64,000 bases of DNA from Saccostrea echinata (lineage: Eukaryota). Position numbers and translations under genes: made by a program. The stretch covers positions 3,534,001 through 3,598,000 of the forward strand of contig NW_026889803.1 in assembly GCF_033153115.1 (NCBI RefSeq). Direction: 5' to 3'. A model generated the notes under the pieces. That model ran no database searches. It was not told the DNA's origin and saw only the letters and a list, made by a program, of their open reading frames with translations. Positions 52,746 through 64,000 of this stretch are shown here, piece by piece (the first letter of the stretch is position 1; each line of letters opens with the position of its first letter).

Positions 52746-55700
52746 CATGTATAACGAAAAGTAGCCAATTCTAAAAAACAATAATGTTTTCTTTACGCAC
52801 TGATACCTTTTCATTTCCATATTTTAATCTTTAAATCTCATTCTATATTTTTTTTTATACATAACGTTCAGTGAACAGTTTAATGACAAAGAACAGATGA
52901 AATCTTATAGGAAGACCATTAATTTTGCTACATTGTTTCCTTGATTAAAAATGTTTTTGAAAAGCATCTGACAATGTCTCAACAGAAGGGATTTTTGTTC
53001 ACATTTTTTTCTTTCGTACGTGAACAATGAAATCTCAAAAGACGATAATTATGACAACGATCCGAAACAGTTCTCTTCGATGGCGAACCAAAAAAAAATT
53101 CTTCAAAAGATCGAAGCTAACAGTCTAGAAATATTTGAAGGAACTGAAATTGCTTTCCATTTTCGTAATGTTTTATGAATACTACATTAGCTGTCGTGGT
53201 TACATAAGTTAGAATGGTGGCACTGTATTCCTGCTGAGCGACAATTACATAGAATAACACCACTAGTGTAATATTATATTTTTCATTTCTTGGAAATAAA
53301 TGTGACAATTATTACATCCAGAGGTGCGACGATCGCAAGGGAAATCTGATGAAAGCATAAACGTCATATTGTTTACAATTTTGCCTTATAAATGAACACT
53401 TTGCAAAACCCGTGTAGAAAGAGGAAACAAATAGCATCTACTCTAGACCTTGGAGAGAATGCATTTGGTATATCGAGAAGACAGCTAGCTTAGAAATCAC
53501 GTCTACTATTTAGCCATTAGAGAACAAATTCAAACTTTTTGGTTATTAAACGTGAGTCTTCTCACATAAACAACTCGTAAAATTTACGCGTTATTTTACA
53601 TACAAGGAGGTTGTGAAAAAAAACAAAACAAAATGTGCATAAGGAGAACATTACCAAAAAAGTCATTTTCATGGCACGCCAAATTCACAAAAATTAGATA
53701 AACATAGTTTAACAGTTGATAAACTAGGTTTGTCCATTGTAAACTATAGTTTACGAATTGTAAACTATAGTTAACGATTCGATAACCATTCTAAACTATA
53801 CTTAACGATCGTAAACTATAGTTTTGAGAGATAAACTATGATTCACATTTGCCAATCATAGTTTATCGTCATAAAGTATAATTCACTCTCGTAATCTATA
53901 GTTAAGAGTTGTTGAATAAAGTTTATGAATCTAAACACCTGTTAACTGTTAATGATAGTTTTCATTCAAAATCTCGCGGCACCATTCGCTAGAGGAAAAA
54001 TACTGAATGTGTATCATTGCCGTAAGTTCTATATAAAAAAGAAACATATAAACATAATTACTTAAGTATTTTCTCTTCTTGATAATCTTAAATTTATGTC
54101 AAGCTTTCAACAACTCTTTTGATACCAGCAATGCTCAGTCATTTTTGTTTGATCAGCGCCAGAGTTTGGAAAGACAGCAAGGATAAATGTCAGTGATTTA
54201 TTCCGTTGCTGATGAAGAAAAATTTGATTACAAACCGTCAAAATGCATTTTTAAAACATACATTTTAATCAATAATTTTCCTGTCATTTTCTTTTTATTT
54301 CCCAATAGATTTGCTTGAAAATGAAAGAAAATTTACTTTTAATGTCATCAAGTATATACTGAGTATTTAACAACCAATGAAAATAGTCGTTGTATAGCTA
54401 AGTCTTATCATACTACAATTAACTTATCTATAACTTACAGACAAAACTATTGTTAACTATAGTTTTGATCGTAAACTATACTTTAATTAGAGTCGTGAAA
54501 TATAGTTTTACAGCATGTATAACGAAAAGTGGACAATGCTAAAAAACAAAACCAATAATGTTTTCTTTACGCACTGATACCTTTTCACTTCGACATTTTA
54601 ATCTTTAAATCTCATTCTACATTTTTTAATACGTAACGTACAAAGTACAGTTTAATGACAAAGAGAAGATGGAATCTTATATGAAGACCATTAATTTTGC
54701 TACATTGTTTCCTTGATTAAAAATGTTTTTGGAAAGCATCTGACAATGTCTCAACAGAAGGAATTTTTGTTCACTTTTTTTTTTTCGTACGTGAACAATG
54801 AAATCTCAAAAGACGATAATTATGACAACGATCCGAAACAGTTCTCTTCGATGGCGAACCAAAAAAAAATTCTTCAAAAGATCGAAGCTAACAGTCTGGA
54901 AATATTTGAAGGAAACAAAATTGCTTTCCATTTTCGTAATGTTTTATGAATACTACATTAGCTGTCGTGGTTACATAAGTTAGAATGGTGGCACTGTATT
55001 CCTGCTGAGCGACAATTACATAGAATAACACCACTAGTGTAATATTGTGTTTCTCATTTCTTTGAAATAAATGTGACAATTATTACATCCAGAGGTGCGA
55101 CGATCGCAAGGGAAATCTGATGAAAGCATAAACGTCATATTGTTTACAATTTTGCCTTATAAATGAACACTTTGCAAAACCCGTGTAGAAAGAGGAAACA
55201 AATAGCATCTACTCTAGACCTTGGAGAGAATGCATTTGGTATATCGAGAAGACAGCTAGCTTAGAAATCACGTCTACTATTTAGCCATTAGAGAACAAAT
55301 TCAAACTTTTTGGTTATTAAACGTGAGTCTTCTCACATAAACAACTCGTAAAATTTACGCGTTATTTTACATACAAGGAGGTTGTGAAAAAAAACAAAAC
55401 AAAATGTGCATAAGGAGAACATTACCAAAAAAGTCATTTTCATGGCACGCCAAATTCACAAAAATTGGATAAACATAGTTTAACAGTTGATAAACTAGGT
55501 TTGTCCATTGTAAACTATAGTTTACGAATTGTAAACTATAGTTAACGATTCGATAACCATTCTAAACTATACTTAACGATCGTAAACTATAGTTTTGAGA
55601 GATAAACTATGATTCACATTTGCCAATCATAGTTTATCGTCATAAAGTATAATTCACTCTCGTAATCTATAGTTAAGAGTTGTTGAATAAAGTTTATGAA

Positions 55701-57215
55701 TCTAAACACCTGTTAACTGTTAATGATAGTTTTCATTCAAAATCTCGCGGCACCATTCGCTAGAGGAAAAATACTGAATGTGTATCATTGCCGTAAGTTC
55801 TATATAAAAAAGAAACATATAAACATAATTACTTAAGTATTTTCTCTTCTTGATAATCTTAAATTTATGTCAAGCTTTCAACAACTCTTTTGATACCAGC
55901 AATGCTCAGTCATTTTTGTTTGATCAGCGCCAGAGTTTGGAAAGACGGCAACGATAAATGTCAGTGATTTATTCCGTTGCTGATGAAGAAAAAATTGATT
56001 ACAAACCGTCAAAATGCATTTTTAAAACATACATTTTAATCAATAATTTTCCTGTCATTTTCTTTTTATTTCCCAATAGATTTGCTTGAAAATGAAAGAA
56101 AATTTACTTTTAATGTCATCAAGTAATATATATACTGAGTATTTAACAACCAATGAAAATAGTCGTTGTATAGCTAAGTCTTATCATACTACAATTAACT
56201 TATCTATAACTTACAGACAAAACTATTGTTAACTATAGTTTTGATCGTAAACTATACTTTAATTAGAGTCGTGAAATATAGTTTTACAGCATGTATAACG
56301 AAAAGTGGACAATGCTAAAAACAAAAACAAAACCAATAATGTTTTCTTTACGCACTGATACCTTTTCACTTCGACATTTTAATCTTTAAATCTCATTCTA
56401 CATTTTTTTAATACATAACGTACAAAGTACAGTTTAATGACAAAGAGAAGATGAAATCTTATAGGAAGACCATTAATTTTGCTACATTGTTTCTTTGATT
56501 AAAAATGTTTTTGGAAAGCATCTGACAATGTCTCAACAGAAGGAATTTTTGTTCACTTTTTTTTTTTCGTACGTGAACAATGAAATCTCAAAAGACGATA
56601 ATTATGACAACGATCCGAAACAGTTCTCTTCGATGGCGAACCAAAAAAAAATTCTTCAAAAGATCGAAGCTAACAGTCTAGAAATATTTGAAGGAACTGA
56701 AATTGCTTTCCATTTTCGTAATGTTTCATGAATACTACATTAGCTGTGGTGGTTACATAAGTTAGAATGATGACACTATTCCTGCTGAGCGACAATTACA
56801 TAGACAGTATAACACCACTAGTGTAATGTTATTTTTCATTTCTTTGAAATAATTGTGACAATTATTACATCCAGAGGTGCGATGATCGCAAGGGAAATCT
56901 GATGAAAGCATAAATTAACATTTGCTATCGTCATATTGTTTACAATTTTTCCTTATCAATGATCACTTTGCAAAACCTGTGTAAAAAGAGGTAACAAATA
57001 GCATCTACTCTAGACGTTGGAGAGAATGCATTTGGTATATCGAGAAGACAGCTAGCTTAGAAATCACGTCTACTATTTAGCCATTAGAGAACAAATTTCA
57101 AACTTTTTGGTTATTAAACGTGAGTCTTCTCACATAAACAACTCGTAAAATTTACGCGTTACAAGGAGGTTGTGAAATAAAAAAATGAGCATAAGGAGAC
57201 GTTACCAAAAATGTC
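52746..57215. repeat. Tandem duplication, ~2.5 copies of a ~1.77-kb unit containing a taaactatagtt sub-array
   Basis: catgtataacgaaaagt recurs at 52746, 54514 and 56290 (periods 1768 and 1776) with near-identical sequence following; third copy ends ~57215. Confidence 0.95.
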
Positions 57216-59016
57216 TTTTTATCTAAAAAATTTTATTTACAAGAAAGTATAGGAAATAATGCACTCATTATTAATTCATAAATGGTACTCATCCATGAAA
57301 ATATCATTACTTTATCTACATCAGGAAAATGCGTGCATATAATGATTTCATTACTTTATTTTGGTCAAACATAATGTTAGAAATACTTCACTTGTTTCAT
57401 ATTGCGTCATTTACTGTAGATTTCCGTGTATTTTATTTCAAAGGGCAGAACTACATTAAACTTATCAAATTAGAACCTCTCAGTTAACAGTGTCTAGAAT
57501 TTCTTTAAGAAGAAATCAGTCAATTTTTTTATATAGACTGAAATTTATGTGGTACGGTTACCGATTCACTTTAGAATTAGATCGTTCCAGCAAAATGTTT
57601 TGGGACAACAGCGAAGCGCAACTAGGTCCTTCTTGACGCCTGTTTCTGGTTTTCATTTTCCATAATTTTATACGAGTTTTTCTTGGTATTCAAGAAACTG
57701 GAATGGGTACAAAAAGATATTAGAAATAATGATTAAATAATTTCATAGTATTTACCGCCGACACGTCGGTTAATCGTGTCTTTTCGTATTCCTTCAAGAC
57801 ATTTAGGTATTAAACTATTACCATTAGAATTCGTAAATGGAAACCGTTCTTAAACCATCTCCCAAGTTAAGACAAAATCGATTCAAGGTATCCTAGGAAG
57901 GTTAACTGTCGATTTTCGACTTTCGACATTGAAAGGTCGAATCCAAAAATATTACCTCCATTAATTTGTATTACGTTTTCATGATAGATAACAAGGATTA
58001 GTGTAACATGTGACAAGTGTGGAGTGTCAACTCACCGACTTAACGGAAATCAATATACATCAAGGAATTACGTAAATAAACAAAAACAAACAAACAAAAC
58101 AAAGAGACACTATAGTTTTACATTTTGGATGTTTACAGGAACAGTACAATCTTTTGGGATTTTAATTGATAGACCCTTTGCAACATTGTTATCATCTGTG
58201 TACAACAGTTATTTCTGTTCACCAATACTTCATTGTCCTTAAAAGAAATATGGCAGTTACTACAATGAAAATGAACTATTAGAGATAAACTCAACATCAT
58301 AGAACTAGATAAACTCAATATGTACATCTTTATGTGATAAATGTCTTTAAAAATCCCCAAAACATTTTTCATTAGTGTTCGAACTTCCTTAAAGAAAAGA
58401 AAGTAACACAATTATGAACAATTCCGTCACGTGACTGTTAGGGACAAAAAGTGTTGTGGCTAATTGTGTTGAATCTCATTTTATTATACACATAGAAACG
58501 TTTCTATATAGTGTGGCAATCAAACGAAGAATGAACAAAGGGAATATGAAATGAGATAGCTAATCGAGTGACCTTATCTCTAGATCCAATGACTGATCGA
58601 ATAAGCTTAATTTTAGGTTGCCATAAAACCGTACAGCAATCATCTCTCGCAACTTCAGAAATATACCATATTGAATTAGCGCTGGACTCCATTCATCTGA
58701 ATCTAATGGCATTGTAATTAATATATTTTCTTTTAATACCAAATAGAAATGTCTACGTATACAAATGAAAAATAAGATGAGATTAACATTTGCAACATGA
58801 AATTGTATAAAATACCAGCTATTGATTCGGTGCTAATATACAATGTTATGCATATACTGGTGCAAATCCAAAGCTACATATGAAGAAAACGAATATAGGC
58901 ATTCAATTTGTAGTCATATTGAATCTTTCATAAAGCTTCAAGCATATAAATTTGAGTAAATTAAAAGTTGATTTTGGATTGGAAATGACAGCTTTAAACA
59001 GATAGGAAATAGAAAA

Positions 59017-60300
59017 GGTGTCAATAGATAGGGTTTATAAGGGGTATTAAAAGATACTCTGTAGGCAGGGAGTCAATACATAGGGTATAGACAGGGGGTC
59101 GTTAGATACAGTACAGACAGGTGTCAACAGATAGAGTACAGGTAGGGTGTCAAAATATAGGGTACAAGACTTGGTATCAATAGATAGGGTATAGACAGGG
59201 AGTCAATAAAAGGGGTACAGAAAAAGTGATAACAGATAGGATACAGACAGGGTGTCTATAGATAGGGTACAGGGTGTCAATAGATAGGGTACAGTGTTTC
59301 AATAGATTGGGTATAGACAGGATGTCAATAGATAGGTTAGGGGCAGGGTGTCAATACATAGCATAGGACTTGGTGTCAATAGATCGGGTATAGACACGGT
59401 GTCAACAAATAGGGTACAAACAAGTCACTAGACAGTGTACAGACAGGGTGTCATTAGATATGGTATAGACAAGATGGCAATAGATAGGGTTAGACAAAGT
59501 TTCAACAGATAGGGTACAGACAGGATGTCAATATATAGGTTACAGGTAGGGTGTCTTGGTATCAATAGATCGGGTATAGACACGGTGTCAACAAATAGGG
59601 TACAAACAAGTCACTAGACAGTGTACAGACAGGGTGTCATTAGATATGGTATAGACAAGATGGCAATAGATAGGGTTAGACAATGTTTCAACAGATATGG
59701 TACAGACAGGATGTCAATATATAGGTTACAGGCAGGGTGTCAATACATTGGTACAGACTTGGTGTCAATAGATCGGGTATAGACACGGTGTCAACAAATA
59801 GGGTACAAACAAGTCACTAGACAGTGTACAGACAGGGTGTCATTAGATATGGTATAGACAAGATGGCAATAGATAGGGTTAGACAATGTATCAACAGATA
59901 GGGTACAGACAGGATATCAATATATAGGTTACAGGTAGGGTGTCAATACATAGGGTACAGACTTGGTGTCAATAGATCGGGTATAGACACGGTGCCTATA
60001 GAAGGATAAAGACTTGGTGTTAATAGATAGGGTACAGGCACAGTCCCAGTGGACAGGATATAGACAGGATGTCAATAGATAGGGTACAGACAGAGTGTCA
60101 ATAGATAGGGTACAGGCTGTCAATAGATAGAGTACAAGTACCGTGCCAGTAGACAGGGTACAGACTGGATGTCAATAGATAGGGTACAGAGAGGGTGTCA
60201 ATAGATAGGGTACAAACAGGTTGTCAAAAGATAGGGTACAGGCACAGGGTACAGGCAAAGTGCGAGTAGACAGGGTGTAGACACGGTGTCGATAGAGTAC
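59017..60300. repeat. ~26-bp minisatellite (gtgtcaatagatagggtacagacagg) with ~204-bp higher-order repeat
   Basis: Variant gatcgggtatagacacggtg recurs at 59382, 59568, 59771 and 59975. Confidence 0.92.
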
Positions 60301-60487
60301 AAGCAGGCTGACAAAAGCTAGATGAGTATAGAATTATTTCCCTTTGTATGTTGACACATTTGGAATAGCACCTCTAGGTAAAGAGCATTTTCTTTTTGCA
60401 ACATATATTTAATCTTTTACTGTAGGTTAATAAAAAACAAATACTGAATTTTTTTCAAATCAACACAGTTATATACACTTACATTAC

Positions 60488-60948
60488 CGTGTATGTTTTC
60501 CTGGGATCCATTGATTTCCCTTGTGTTCAGTTCTATCATTTCTTCTTTTAGTTCTTTGTTGAGATTCATCCCATATTCTTCTTAGTATATATAACGTTGT
60601 ATAAATAAAATTAAAACTTCATTTCATGCCGTCCACTTAATAAAATACTCATTTAAATTGTGAATAATAATTTTTTAAAATCAAATTAAAATACATTACG
60701 TTATAAATTATTAAGCAAAAGAAGACGTTAAAGAATTTTCTATAAATAGGCCTAGTTACCATTTAAGCTGTTCTCTCGTTCTTGTGCAAGGTACTCCTGT
60801 TTCGCATTTTTGATGACGTCACTTATGAAGTTATCAATCTGTTCTGCAATTAGCTCCTCCTTTGTGGGTGCATCCCACGATAGCTTAAGTTTGGCTTTGT
60901 TTTTTCGGCGTTTTGGTTTTGGGGAAGTCAGACTATTAAATGACATCG
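60488..60948 (-). CDS. Two putative exons (60948-60760, 60580-60488) of an unidentified protein with an AKAP-like amphipathic helix
   Basis: Both exons are GT-AG bounded and phase 1-1 (189 and 93 nt) and join in frame: MSFNSLTSPKPKRRKNKAKLKLSWDAPTKEELIAEQIDNFISDVIKNAKQEYLAQERENSLN-EEYGMNLNKELKEEMIELNTREINGSQENIH. Confidence 0.6.
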
Positions 60949-62444
60949 CTGAAAGTATAAATAAAATGTCTATTTCATAAAGGCTGAAAACCACAAGCTG
61001 CGCACGATGAAACTTCCAATATTAAAATCGATTTTCTTTTAAATATCAAAGAAAAATCTCAAGTGAAGACAAAAAGGCTTTTATTTGAATAAGAAGTATT
61101 TTTGTAATAACATAAAAAAGCAAATGTATTAAATCATCCACTCGATAGAAATGAAAATTAGATCATTTCATCAAGTAATATATACTGGAAAAAATAGCTA
61201 GGCGATACAAAGACATCAGAGCAGCCATGTTATAATTTTGATCACTCCAAGAATTGAAAAGAACAGACACACACTCATTTTTTTGCCAGATTAGACTTAT
61301 TTTGAAATGTTTCTGAAATTAGGATTTACAGAGGTCAGGGAGCCTTTTAGATGTGATGAACTAAAAAAGTACAAGGGTATCATTCAGTATTGTAGCAACC
61401 AATGCCTATTTTGTTTAAACCAGTTCCCTCAGGGATAAAAAATTGTATATAAAATATATAAATAAGTATTTCATAAGAGTTGTAGATCATTCCCAAAGAA
61501 TGCATGGAGGTAAACGCTGACAATTTACTAAAAGCCATCGAGTACATGACAAATTATCTTTGACAGTTGATTTTTTTTTTAATTAGTAGCGATACCCCTT
61601 TTACTTGATTGTTTGACACAATGAATCAAGAGCGCATAAATATCTTTCCCGTTCATTTGAATTGATCAAGAGGCCACATTAGAAGTAATGATTGCTATAT
61701 TCAAGTCAAAGTGTTTTCAATAGTCTTTATTTGTATGCCTTTGTTTGGCTGATTAACTCAAACGTCTACAACACTAAGTATCGATTTCTCAAAGGACCAA
61801 AACACTTATTAATGAGGTATATGCTATAAGTTAGAGGTTCCTCATGCTCTGTGTATCCGTGATAACCTTCTCAGACTGAACATTAATATTGCATTCGATA
61901 TGGATTTTCTGTCCCACAAACAAATACAGCGTAAAAAGTGATTACATGAAAGCGACATAATTTTCAGAAACACACTTCATGCAGTGACGTTTATAGCTCT
62001 GTAATACTGCGTAGGTATTATCAAGCAGGAAGCAGCAATAAATACAGTTTTGAGACGACCTATGAAGAATTACTGGGGGGGGGGGGGGGGCACACACTGT
62101 TGGGAAATTAAGAGTTGAGAAACTTTTGCACCTTTGATAATATACCCATAATAATACTTGTACCTAGTTGCCTCCATCATCACACCTCTTGGATCCAAAA
62201 GACTCCCGCCTACTTTGCCATAAAATCAAAATATGTCACTGTAAACGGTATTTTATATATATATATTAAATGGGACAATTAAGAAAAATACCATCGATGT
62301 CTGCAACTTTCAAAGTTGCCACGGAAAAACAGAGCAACCGAAAACCGATAGGGATAAAAATAAGATGATTATTGAGGCATTTAACGGCAAAGTTGATGAT
62401 TCAGAGCTCTTATGTGAAATAAATCTCCTAGGAACATTAATATT

Positions 62445-63704
62445 ATAAGATGCCCATGGGCCTCGAGGCTCACCTGAGTCACCTTGGCCCCGCTAAAGAT
62501 TTTTTTCTGCTCTTCATTCCAGTAAAAAAAAAAAAAGACCCCATATTATGACTCCAAAATACCCTCAAGAGGTTATGATAAAGTTGAATCCACACACCGG
62601 AATGCTTCAATTTCAATATGATAAACATGGCTCTGATGTATGATCAAAATAAAGCCCCACCCTAACCCCAGGACCCCTATCACAGGGGGTCATGAATTTC
62701 ACGTTTTGGAAGAATAACTCCTTCTCATCATAACATTGCTCTTAGTTTCTCTGCTAAATACTCAAGAGTAGAGATTGACTGATTGATTGTATGTTTTGTT
62801 TTTACGTCCCGTTCGAGAATTTTTCGCTCTTATAGAGACGTCAAGAGCAGAGAAGCACATTCATTTGTCAAAGAATAATGCATTTTCAATATATGATCAA
62901 TCGAGCCCCGCCCTAACTCCGGAATCCCTGAATTTCAAAATTTTGAAAGGTCAAGAAGCCCTTGCTCATAATAACCATGCATCAAGTTTCTAAGCTAAAT
63001 ATTCGAGAGCAGAGAACATTTTCTTAAAGAATTAATGCATAATCCCTACATGTATATGATAAATGGAGCCTCACCTTAACTCCAGAACTCCTGCCCCAAA
63101 GGGGCAAATTTCACAATTTTAGAAGAGGCACTCTTCCTCATTATAACCATGTATAGTTTGTCTACTAAATACTCGAGAGGATAGAGGATTTTCAAAGAAT
63201 TAATGTATTTTCACTGTATATTCTATAGAGCCCGACTCTAACCTCAGAAACCTCTGATCCAGGGGCCATGAATTTCACAATTTTGGAAGAGGTGTCTTTG
63301 CTAATCATATCTTTGCACTTAGTTTGCTTGTTAAATATACAGGTTGAGAGAAGATTTTTGAAGAATTGATGAATTTTCACTATATTATCTATAGTCCCCT
63401 GCCCTAACACCAGAACCCCTGGTCATGAATTTCATAATTTTTGTGGAGGGCTAAATTCTTATTACAATCATGCCCACAGTTTGACGACTTGATGTCCAGG
63501 AGTAAAGAAAAAGATTTTTAAAAATTTCATTAATTATGGTGGTTTTAGCCCCACCTCTCAGGCCCCAGATGGACAGGGGCCATGGAATTCACAATTTTGT
63601 TTTTCATCACCTGTGGATGCTATATGCCAAAATTGGTTAAAACTGGTTGTTCAAATGTTAATGCACGACGACGAATGAAAACAGACACCAATAGGTTTGG
63701 TCAC
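62445..63704 (-). mobile_element. HINE related to the second family, reverse orientation
   Basis: aagatgcccatgggcc..gctcacctgagt (reverse of the 3' hairpin + subTIR), tandem ccgccctaactccagaa / catgaatttcacaatttt units, gcacgacgacg microsatellite near 63665. Confidence 0.8.
62775..62840 (-). mobile_element. 66-bp 3' tail of the V-SINE family (or its partner LINE) with target-site duplication
   Basis: Reverse complement cgtctctataagagcgaaaaattctcgaacgggacgtaaaa..(caat)n matches the tail at 11363-11400; flanked by tcaagagtagaga / tcaagagcagaga. Confidence 0.85.
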
Positions 63705-64000
63705 AAATTTAAGCCCCACCCAGGGTCAAGAATTAAAGAAAGGTCTATTCAACTTAGGTATGTTTCCATATCAAAATGATTGTGTGGTTTTGCTACTCTT
63801 GAAAAGATTTTTTTTTCAAATTCCCTTTAAAACTTTGCTACCTATCGTTGCCCCACCCTAACCTGGGGGCCTTGATGTGATAAAATATTAATGTACAATA
63901 TTTGACAAAGATTCCATAAAAATATAACTAATCATGTCCCTGCTGTTATGGAGAACAAGACTTAATTTTTTCTATATATTCATATGTTAACCTTTGATCC

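Noticed and set aside
52725-57215. LTR/TRIM interpretation of the triplication (TGT start, tggcacgcc PBS-like, upstream purine tract)
   Set aside because: PBS-like match is only 9 nt, no PPT precedes copies 2 or 3, and there is no clear CA end or TSD. The repeated 78-aa ORFs start at TTG and the frame is broken in copy 1.
58560-58696. Extra exon (DEWSPALIQYG...) of the AKAP-like gene
   Set aside because: Phase is compatible but the polypyrimidine tract is poor and there is no motif support; not called.

Overview
AT-rich eukaryotic genomic DNA, very probably an oyster (Ostreidae), judged from Cg170-like satellite inside Helentron/HINE elements, a bivalve-type V-SINE and a Naiad-type Penelope element. 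The first half (4.9-32.8 kb) holds a tandem array of seven intact but strongly diverged paralogs of one type-I membrane protein family (391-408 aa). Each has a signal peptide, a Cys-capped N-terminus, about 8 partly atypical LRRs, an LRRCT, an extra juxtamembrane Cys pair, one TM helix and a short basic TIR-less tail. All exon-intron structures close in frame with GT-AG phase-1 introns. Six copies have 3 coding exons, one has lost intron 1 imprecisely, and the last is inverted head-to-head. The second half has a GT31 beta-1,3-galactosyltransferase-like gene broken by two compensating frameshifts, several satellite-bearing HINEs, a decayed Naiad-like element with a TGA at a Cys-equivalent position, a ~1.77 kb tandem triplication, a minisatellite with higher-order structure and exons of an unknown minus-strand gene with an AKAP-like helix. 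All calls are by eye; no database search was run, so novelty is unverified.
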